Assembly: GCF_001194135.2 (NCBI RefSeq)
Contig: NC_069006.1
Span: 2,721,682 to 2,767,504, forward strand
Source of the DNA: Octopus bimaculoides
Lineage: Eukaryota
DNA length: 45,823 nt
Reading direction: 5' to 3'
The notes under the pieces were generated by a model, which worked only from the letters and a program-made list of their open reading frames with translations, searched no databases and had not been told where the DNA came from. Each line of letters opens with the position of its first letter. Within the stretch, counting starts at the first letter, position 1. Of this stretch, positions 36,834 to 45,823 are shown piece by piece. Position numbers and translations under genes: made by a program.

Positions 36834-37072
36834 AGGGAATGGCTATGTGCTTCACTCTACTCTGAAAAATAGACGCCAAAAGACACTATTACCACCATAA
36901 AATCTCCGAGAATAACACACCACATAATAGGCTAGCAAAAGAAAGAAAATGAATTAAAAACTTTCTTTTGCCAGCGTATTATGTGATGTGTTATTCTCGG
37001 AGATTTTATGATGGTAATAGTGTCTTTTGGCGTCTATATTTCAGTGCGTGGTAAGGCACATAGCCATTCCCT
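36834..37072. repeat. Inverted repeat with 112-nt arms and a 15-nt loop in intron 1
   Basis: The inner 84 nt have only 5 mismatches. Confidence 0.92.
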
Positions 37073-37175
37073 AATTACGTATACAATTATATATATATAT
37101 GAGTATGTGTGTGCGTCTGTCACTGTGTGTGTGTGTGTGTGTGTGTGCATTGTTATATATCGAGATTTGTTTTTG

Positions 37176-37338
37176 TTTTTTGCCAAATAAACACACCCAC
37201 TATATATTCGTTCTTCACTCGTTTATTATTGTTTTTATTTTATCTTATTTCCACAAACAATGGACATAAGGTAAAATAAGAACAATAATAAACGAGAGAA
37301 GAAGGAATATATAATGTGTGTGTTTATTTGGCAAAAAA
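37176..37338. repeat. Inverted repeat with 73-nt arms and a 17-nt loop in intron 1
   Basis: 67/73 positions match. Confidence 0.92.
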
Positions 37339-37728
37339 AAAATGACCGTCCCCTAATATGATAATATCCGTTTCAAAACAGTTTCACATCAGAAATTTTG
37401 CAAAGTAAATTCATAAATATATATGAGTGTGTGCGTGTGTGTGTGTGTGTGTGTATGTGTGTGAGTGCGTGTACGTGTGTGTATGTGTATATGTGAATAT
37501 AGGTATATATGCATGTACGTATGTCTGTATGTAAATATGTACGTATGTGTTTATGTCTGTATGTGGGAAATATTTTGCAAATAAAAAATAGAATGTTCTC
37601 GTGTACATGCTTCACTGACACGGAAAATTGGTATATTGTTCAACCTAAAACCGCAAAACATCTCACCAACTTTCTCTCTGTTTCTGACTCTTTGTATTAA
37701 ACTTTATTTGTCTACACTTTTTTAAATT

Positions 37729-37783
<55 letters not shown>

Positions 37784-38811
37784 NNNNNNNNNNNNNNNNN
37801 NNNNNNNNNNNNNNNNNNNNNNNNNNNNNNNNNNNNNNNNNNNNNNNNNNNNNNNNNNNNNNNNNNNNNNNNNNNNNNNNNNNNNNNNNNNNNNNNNNNN
37901 NNNNNNNNNNNNNNNNNNNNNNNNNNNNNNNNNNNNNNNNNNNNNNNNNNNNNNNNNNNNNNNNNNNNNNNNNNNNNNNNNNNNNNNNNNNNNNNNNNNN
38001 NNNNNNNNNNNNNNNNNNNNNNNNNNNNNNNNNNNNNNNNNNNNNNNNNNNNNNNNNNNNNNNNNNNNNNNNNNNNNNNNNNNNNNNNNNNNNNNNNNNN
38101 NNNNNNNNNNNNNNNNNNNNNNNNNNNNNNNNNNNNNNNNNNNNNNNNNNNNNNNNNNNNNNNNNNNNNNNNNNNNNNNNNNNNNNNNNNNNNNNNNNNN
38201 NNNNNNNNNNNNNNNNNNNNNNNNNNNNNNNNNNNNNNNNNNNNNNNNNNNNNNNNNNNNNNNNNNNNNNNNNNNNNNNNNNNNNNNNNNNNNNNNNNNN
38301 NNNNNNNNNNNNNNNNNNNNNNNNNNNNNNNNNNNNNNNNNNNNNNNNNNNNNNNNNNNNNNNNNNNNNNNNNNNNNNNNNNNNNNNNNNNNNNNNNNNN
38401 NNNNNNNNNNNNNNNNNNNNNNNNNNNNNNNNNNNNNNNNNNNNNNNNNNNNNNNNNNNNNNNNNNNNNNNNNNNNNNNNNNNNNNNNNNNNNNNNNNNN
38501 NNNNNNNNNNNNNNNNNNNNNNNNNNNNNNNNNNNNNNNNNNNNNNNNNNNNNNNNNNNNNNNNNNNNNNNNNNNNNNNNNNNNTTTAACAGACGGAAAG
38601 CTGGAAGAATGCCTTCTCGCGCGCGCACGTGTGTGTGTTTGTGTTGTGCTTGTTCCCCGCTACCGCTTGACAACCGATATAATAAGTAGGAGGCGTAAAG
38701 AATAAACTACTGGCCTCTACTTCAAAGCAATGCCTCAGCTATAACGAGTTGTGGTTTTTGATTTTGTGGGCGTATTGTGCATATTTGATTACAAATGAAT
38801 ACAATACTCAC

Positions 38812-38885
38812 AGATAGAAGGTTAAAATAAGCATAGCCCCGAGTACCAAAGTCGTGGCATGATCAGTCAAGCAGAGCACGTCCAT
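38812..38885 (-). CDS. CYP3A-like: P450 exon 1 (MDVLCLTDHATTLVLGAMLILTFY-L), N-terminal membrane anchor
   Basis: ATG in good context (ACGATGG), hydrophobic stretch, and a phase-2 donor CT|gtgagt that completes CTG with the first G of exon 2. Not in the ORF track. Confidence 0.9.
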
Positions 38886-38945
38886 CGTTACTCCTCTCTC
38901 TTCGACGAATTACGTTTTAGTTACGGGAAACAAAAAAAAAGTTGC

Positions 38946-39005
38946 CTTTTTAAACATGCTTTACTCACATTAACCGTTTCGACATCACACGGCCTCGTTA
39001 CGTCA
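38946..39005 (-). promoter_or_regulatory. Proximal promoter of the complete gene: degenerate TATA (TTTAAAAAG, 38946-38954) and CRE/bZIP-like TGACGTAA (38998-39005)
   Basis: Motifs read directly and positionally homologous to the paralog TATA box. Function is inferred. Confidence 0.5.
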
Positions 39006-39189
39006 TCTGTCTGTTTCCTTCTCTCTTTCTTTCTCTATCTGTCAGTATATCTCACTTTCTCCCCCCCCCCGTCTCTCTCTCTCTCTTTATATTAAACTAA
39101 TCCACTTCCTCTCGCTCTTCAATTCTTTCTTCCCTTTTCCCTCTATATCTAACACAATGTGCTACAGTTTAGATTTACTTAATTTCAAC

Positions 39190-40100
39190 TCACACACATA
39201 CTGCCAAGTTCCTTCACTTACAATGGCAATATCACTTCCACAGCGTGTCACTACATTTTTACTGTTATATTTTAGATTTCCAACTTAACGAAATTCCAAT
39301 TCGTTACATTACCATTTTCTTTCGACGACATATTGCTTATTCTTTTTCCTTTGTTCCAACGTTTGTCATCTTGGTTTTACAATGCGATTATATGTGTCCA
39401 ATTATTCCACAACGAAAGCATTCGCTTTCTTAATGGTCAGTTTTTTTTTTTTTCTGAGGTGTAGACATCCACATTCAAAACCTGGGTTTGTCTCTTTATT
39501 CTTGTCCTGTTTATACTGTATCTTAGAACACTCTTGATTTCTATTCAGCCTATGTCGCACTTGTTTCATTTAGGAGCAATTTTTATGTTCAACTTTCTTT
39601 GTGTCGTGTCTTAAATTTGCTATCCTTTCGCCTTCTGACACTTGTAAGGTTACATCTTGGTTTTGTTCCAGCTTAGCAAGAATACTTGTTCTCACTTGAA
39701 CATGTCTGGCGTTAATTCATCCAGCTTGAACTTTCCACATTCCCCCTTAACTCTACCAGCATATGAGATGTAGTCCTCCTCGCTGATCTTTTCTAGGTTC
39801 AAACATTTCCAGTCTGTATTAAACAACAAGCTTTTCTCACTAAAGAAATTACACAATATATATATTGTATCTTCAAGTTTATTTCGAGAGTATGTAAATG
39901 CTGTAACGCTCATGTTCTGCTGCCAGTTTTCTTATGATTAAACATATCTTCATATCATCGTTTCAATCTTTGCATACTTTTACTGAAAATTTGTTCATAT
40001 CTTCTATAGTAAGGCTCGAAGGTAACTCCTTCAGCTGGTTCCGACTTAAACTCTGTTATCGAGTTCGCAACATAATCTGGCAAGAAAATTCTTTCACTAT
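39190..40100 (-). mobile_element. Ty3/Gypsy gag-protease remnant upstream of the promoter
   Basis: FSEKSLLFNTDWKCLNL...KFKLDELTPDMFK gag-like segment, a CFRCGIIGHI*SHC zinc knuckle (39379-39420), and a frameshifted DT/GSDIAIVSEGTW protease-like motif. Confidence 0.75.
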
Positions 40101-40560
40101 TTCCTGACATTAATTGCAGTTTTATTACTGTGATATTAATTGTTGCTGTTGTTGATGCTTTTGCAACTCGAGCAAAACCAATTATAATAATAATTCACAA
40201 AAGAATATTTCAGTCGCAAAGTTGCTTCTACGGATATCAACTGGTGAAATAAATACATTCATATTTCACACCTCCTGGACTACTACGATTTATATACTTC
40301 TCGTGAAATAACTTCATAGGTTGGGTTTCCTGGATTTCAGCTGCATAGGATTCTACATTAACCGCCTTCTGTACCTTATTACTGTGTGGTAAGATAGCCA
40401 GGTCCGCTACAAGGGCTTTTGTAATTACCAGAGGATTCTATGCATCTATATCTTGAACTATAAATTTATATATATATANNNNNNNNNNNNNNNNNNNNNN
40501 NNNNNNNNNNNNNNNNNNNNNNNNNNNNNNNNNNNNNNNNNNNNNNNNNNNATATATATA

Positions 40561-40880
40561 TGGGTACAGGACGTCACCAACAGTAAACAACACGGAATAC
40601 GAAAACAAATGAGTTCATACGCAAACAATGAAACAAATGGAAAACAGGACAAATAGCATAAATAACGACCCTTCCTCAGATGTCTATCTACTCCTCGTTT
40701 CAACGACAGTTGCTCCGATACGCACCAAAATAAAATTTGGGATTTGCGAAAGGTCAAAGCTGGTAACAAAAACAGGACAGTGGAGACATACAAGGAAACC
40801 GAACGAAAACAAACATAGAGGGTGGTTACACCAGAACGAGGGGGTAAATAGTGAACGCTGGAAGAAATATTTTCTTTGAA
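40561..40880. mobile_element. Dispersed repeat beginning GGGTACAGGACGTCA (Penelope-tail-like)
   Basis: Same terminus as 42752, with a TA-microsatellite flank. Confidence 0.4.
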
Positions 40881-42367
40881 AATAGAAAAGATAGAAGAGA
40901 GAGATAGGAAACGTCCAGCCTTTAGGAAAGACTCTGAAAGAAAAGAAAGATGATCACGTGAGGAAAAGAAAGATGAACGATAGGTAAGTATAATGATTGA
41001 GAACCCCCGAGATTAACAGACAGGCATACAGAGAAAGTAGAAAGAGTGGAAAACTAAGTAAGAAAGGAGAGGGTGTGTATGGGTGTGATATTTGATTTGT
41101 ATTTACCCAACGGTCTACTGTACCAAATGATAACATAATAACTTTTACTTTTTATCTTTTACTTCTTTCTATGATGATTGGACACCGCCTTGAAAGGTTT
41201 TTATCGAACAGATCAATTCCGGAACTTACTTTTAAGTATTATACTTATCGGTATTTTAGTCGAACTGATCGGCCTGAGGCTATTGCTCACGTATATTATA
41301 TATATATATATATATNNNNNNNNNNNNNNNNNNNNNNNNNNNNNNNNNNNNNNNNNNNNNNNNNNNNNNNNNNNNNNNNNNNNNNNNNNNNNNNNNNNNN
41401 NNNNNNNNNNNNNNNNNNNNNNNNNNNNNNNNNNNNNNNNNNNNNNNNNNNNNNNNNNNNNNNNNNNNNNNNNNNNNNNNNNNNNNNNNNNNNNNNNNNN
41501 NNNNNNNNNNNNNNNNNNNNNNNNNNNNNNNNNNNNNNNNNNNNNNNNNNNNNNNNNNNNNNNNNNNNNNNNNNNNNNNNNNNNNNNNNNNNNNNNNNNN
41601 NNNNNNNNNNNNNNNNNNNNNNNNNNNNNNNNNNNNNNNNNNNNNNNNNNNNNNNNNNNNNNNNNNNNNNNNNNNNNNNNNNNNNNNNNNNNNNNNNNNN
41701 NNNNNNNNNNNNNNNNNNNNNNNNNNNNNNNNNNNNNNNNNNNNNNNNNNNNNNNNNNNNNNNNNNNNNNNNNNNNNNNNNNNNNNNNNNNNNNNNNNNN
41801 NNNNNNNNNNNNNNNNNNNNNNNNNNNNNNNNNNNNNNNNNNNNNNNNNNNNNNNNNNNNNNNNNNNNNNNNNNNNNNNNNNNNNNNNNNNNNNNNNNNN
41901 NNNNNNNNNNNNNNNNNNNNNNNNNNNNNTTCTAAACTAGGCGTTTCGAAGATGAAGTAGAATGCGCTCTTAGAATAGCTCTTCCTGCTTAGTGGATTAA
42001 CCTGCTAAGCGGAGGGTTCCAAGGTAGCAAACAAAAACCAAGACAGGGAAGATTAAACAGTGAAAACAACACTAAAGGCCTTTGGGCCGAACGCGATGAG
42101 ATATTGAACGCTGTAATGTGACGAAGCTGAAAGGAGTGAGATAGTAGTTTCGTCTTGCCTTTATGCTGGCTGAAGGGAGAAAGGAAGAGATGACCACAGG
42201 TCACATGTGATCAACGAGGAGTGGTAGAGAGAGGAAAAGGGAGGAAGTGGAACAAAAGTGAGCGACGAGAGACAGGGAGGAGGTAATAAGAGAGAGATAT
42301 GTATAGCAGTGCAGGGGAGAAGCAAGGACAACAGAAGGAAGCGGAACGAGAGGGGGAGATAGGTAAG

Positions 42368-42374
<7 letters not shown>

Positions 42375-42407
<33 letters not shown>

Positions 42408-42432
42408 CAGATAGATAGATAGATAGATAGAC

Positions 42433-42468
<36 letters not shown>

Positions 42469-42538
42469 GGGCGGGCGGACGGACGGACTGACGGACGGAC
42501 GGACAGACAGACAGACAGACAGACGGACGGACGGACGG

Positions 42539-42572
<34 letters not shown>

Positions 42573-42600
42573 AGATAGATAAATAGATAGATAGATAGAG
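42375..42600. repeat. Compound (GATA)/(GACA)/(GACG) microsatellite; other large microsatellites at 2800-3260, 8640-8920, 20850-21120, 23460-24330, 30720-31075, 32655-32735, 34692-34757, 44700-44815
   Basis: Read directly. Confidence 0.95.
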
Positions 42601-42751
42601 TCGCGTCAGAAATATAAATTTAAAACTTATTTGCAAATGGACGCGTGGCGTTCGATAATATAATAATACAAATGATATATGAGCATATGCATGTATATAT
42701 ACATATATGTATATACCTACATCTACATGTATATATATATAGATGCATATC

Positions 42752-43410
42752 CGGGTACAGGACGTCAAAAAGGAACGGGAACCTAAATAAAGCACAATAA
42801 ACGGACTTTGTTACAGACAACAGAATGAACACATAGGAAAACAGACGAGCCACTTATGGAACTTTTCCTTCATCAGCTGCCTCTATTCTAAACTAGGCGT
42901 TTCGAAGATGAAGCAGAACGCGCTCTTAGAATAGCTCTTCCCGCTTAGTGGATTAACCTGCTAAGCGGAGGGTTCCAAGGTAGCAAACAAAAACCAAGAC
43001 AGGGAAGATTAAACAGTGAAAACAAGGCAGGTGACTGTGGAGGTCGTGTGGGGAAAAGACTTGTAAAGAGTGATGGATTCTTTTCCCAAGGACGCATTCC
43101 GTTCCTTGCTGAAGTGGCCCGATGTAGAACCATCGTGGTGCTTGGGTGAGGCATTGAGCCTGGTTGGGTGAAGGCGAGTCGGGAAAGTGTAAGAGGACGA
43201 GTGCCTTATATTGAAAGGGCATGTGATCCATGGAAAGAAAATTGTAAGAGGCAAGTGCCTCATTTCAAAGACATGGTGTAAATTGAAATTGTGAAGTAAG
43301 AGGTTTATAGCCTCAATTTGTAAATTTATATGTAAATTCATAAAAGAACAATGTTTTAGAGAAGCAGAGTTCGGCGGGCGACTTCTGCCTTCTCCCATTA
43401 ATATCATCGT
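42752..43410 (-). mobile_element. Probable Penelope-like element end; 140-nt terminal segment duplicated at 41929-42069, shorter piece at 43775-43835
   Basis: Near-identical direct repeats read directly, with CTGATGA and GAAAC motifs on the minus strand. The QIEA..L GIY-YIG-like C-terminus is weak. Confidence 0.4.
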
Positions 43411-43497
43411 GTTCATCATTCATTTCATCTCATTAATGTCTTTGTCCAGCCCGCAGCTACTCTGTGTACTGCCCTCGTGGCAAAGTAGATGAATAAA

Positions 43498-43775
43498 AGT
43501 AGCTTGCTTACCAACCACATGGTGCGAGTTCAGTCCCACTGCATGACACCTTGGGCAAGTGTCTTCTACTATAGCCTTGGGTCGACCAAAGCCTTGTGAG
43601 TGAATTTGGTAGACGGAAACTGAAAGAAACCCGTCGTATATGCGAGCGTGTGTTTGTGTGTCTGTGTTTGTCGCCCCAACATCGCTTAACAACCGATGCT
43701 GGTGTGTTTACGTCCCCGTAACTTAGCGGTTTGCCGAAAAAGTCCGATTGAATAAGTGCTAGGCTTACAAAGAAA
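43498..43775 (+). mobile_element. tRNA-derived SINE (31314 family), truncated at both ends; more copies at 44596-44700, 44822-44965, 45666-45823
   Basis: High similarity to 31314-31650. Confidence 0.85.
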
Positions 43776-44115
43776 AAGGAACGGCAACATAAAGCACAAA
43801 AAACGGACTTTGTTACAGACAACAGAATGAACACANNNNNNNNNNNNNNNNNNNNNNNNNNNNNNNNNNNNNNNNNNNNNNNNNNNNNNNNNNNNNNNNN
43901 NNNNNNNNNNNNNNNNNNNNNNNNNNNNNNNNNNNNNNNNNNNNNNNNNNNNNNNNNNNNNNNNNNNNNNNNNNNNNNNNNNNNNNNNNNNNNNNNNNNN
44001 NNNNNNNNNNNNNNNNNNNNNNNNNCACACACACACACACAGCTCTGTTTATCATATCAGCTCAAAGTTTTTTTCTTGTCTGGAGGCCCATTGCTCATGA
44101 GAAATTTTCACAACT

Positions 44116-44169
<54 letters not shown>

Positions 44170-44700
44170 TCTCTTTCCTCCCTCCTACCATTCTGTCATA
44201 TCTTTCATCTTGCCCTACTTTTCCCATTTTGCTGGTCAATACTCTGTAAATAGCCTCCTAGATTACTTCTTAAATATCACATGTTTACTGCTTAACTAAA
44301 CCACAGTGTGTGAGAGAATTTACAACACAAGCACCACCACCACCACCACATCCCCACCAACAGCACCAACAACAACAACAACCAACGGCAATTAAATCCA
44401 ATACAAATTAATTTGTTTAAAAAAAAATATCCACTTAGCTATCGTGCTTTACGTCACAAAATGTTTTCTTAATTCACACAAACAAGTGGTACATTTATAG
44501 AGTTACTTTGTCTGCTAAATGAACCATTCGAAAAGAAAAAAAAACACATCGAAATTTTCAGAAAAATCAATGACTGCGTTGTTAAAATGTTCTCTTTGCA
44601 GCTTCGTGGTGTCGGATTCAGTCCTGCTGCCCAACACCTTGGGCAAGTGCCTTCAACTACAGCTCCGGGTTGACTGATACCGTGTGTGTGGATTTGGGAT

Positions 44701-44772
<72 letters not shown>

Positions 44773-45018
44773 ATAGATAGATGGATAGATGGATAGATAG
44801 ATAGATAGATAGATAGGACACAGGTGTGGCTGTGTGGTAAGTAGCTTGCTTCTCAATCACATGGTTCACGGTTCAGTCCCACTGCGTGGCACTTTGAGCA
44901 AGTGTCTTCTATAGCATCAGGCCGACCAAAACTTTCTGAGTGGATTTAGTAGATGTTATGGAAACACAAACACACATACATATATATGTGTGTGTGTGTG
45001 AGTGTGTGTGTGTGTGCG

Positions 45019-45231
45019 TGTTACGTTCAAATCCTCTTCGCGATAGGTGAAAATCCGCGAAGTAGAAACAGTACTGTACTGCATATTTTTTTTTCAATTA
45101 TTTTTATAATTTGTATGCATCTATTTTATTATGAATGCAAAACAGCACCACAGAAGAATCGACATTAGCTTACATAAACCGCGATAGGTAAAACCGCGAT
45201 AAGTGAACCACGATATGGTGAGGGATTACTG
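45019..45231. mobile_element. pogo/Tigger-like MITE remnant
   Basis: Repeated gcgataggt..aa.ccgcga subterminal motifs and a terminal ...gtgagggattactg. Confidence 0.5.
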
Positions 45232-45823
45232 CATAGATGTGGAGAATATCTAACCGATATACAATGTCAATATAATGTTGCTGACCTATGTTTGTTACTA
45301 TCTCTAATACTCCTATTACTAAATAATACCTTACTCCTATTACTACAACTACTACTAATACTACTACTCGTATTACTTACTGCTACTTCTACTAAGTACC
45401 ACTCCCTCAATTGCTACCACCCCACTGTAACCTCCTTTTACCTTTTCTACCCCCTGCTCACACACGCACTTTCCCCATAAACTAGTCACACTCCAGCAAT
45501 GGATTTCACGAAGGCATCATTAATTTTTTAGGTCTTTCAATTTATCTCAGTTGATCACTAGACCAATTAAGTAAACCTATCTATAATGACGACTGGAAAC
45601 AGCTGTAAGCCAAATTTGCTATAATAAAGGAATTGTATATAATGACCATTGTTTTAACTTCTCTTGTGTGGTAAGAAGCTTGCTTCCACACCACACGGCT
45701 CCGGGTTCAGTCCCTCTGCGTGGCACATTGGGCAACTGTCCATAAATATAGCCTCGGGCCGACCATAGCTTTGTGAATGGATTTGCTTGACGGAAACTGA
45801 AACAAGCCCGTCGTATATATATA

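Larger units (their letters stand above)
10213..38885 (-). other. CYP3A-like: Full span (ATG to stop) of a 14-exon clan-3 cytochrome P450 gene (CYP3A/CYP5-like), 516 aa, apparently intact
   Basis: Fourteen exons bounded by GT-AG splice sites join in frame with matching phases (74+97+53+97+114+89+149+134+121+158+89+138+163+75 = 1551 nt). There are no internal stops. The protein has an N-terminal anchor, a proline-rich hinge, WKYLR, AGYETT, ETLR, FIPERF and FGGGPRICLG. Confidence 0.95.

Noticed and set aside
37663-40460. Alternative exon-1 candidates (TG|gtgaga near 37666; MHRILW|gtaatt near 40430)
   Set aside because: Neither has a hydrophobic anchor. 38812-38885 fits phase, hydrophobicity and promoter, and is duplicated in the paralog.

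Overview
Repeat-rich animal genomic DNA with many N gaps. The SINE and microsatellite landscape resembles Octopus or another coleoid cephalopod (inferred, not database-verified). The main content is a complete, intact 14-exon clan-3 (CYP3A/CYP5-like) cytochrome P450 gene on the minus strand, assembled by hand from GT-AG splice sites (CDS 38885->10213, 1551 nt, 516 aa). It retains WxxxR, AGYETT, ETLR, PERF and FGGGPRICLG. The ORF track misses most exons, including exon 1. A second, nearly identical exon 1 with its own TATA box lies at 2641->2568 (minus), so a tandem paralog starts in this window and runs off the left edge. The two genes share upstream and intron-1 sequence, but their proximal promoters differ. 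Introns and intergenic DNA hold decayed Tx1/L1, RTE, R4/Dong-like and CR1/L2-like LINEs, Penelope-like and Ty3/Gypsy remnants, tRNA-derived SINEs, MITEs, five long inverted repeats, and micro- and minisatellites. I found no clearly new biological system. The best leads are the tandem P450 duplication with promoter divergence, the possibly ancestral 14-exon architecture, strand-biased intronic hairpins, and a Penelope-like remnant carrying a tRNA-like cassette.
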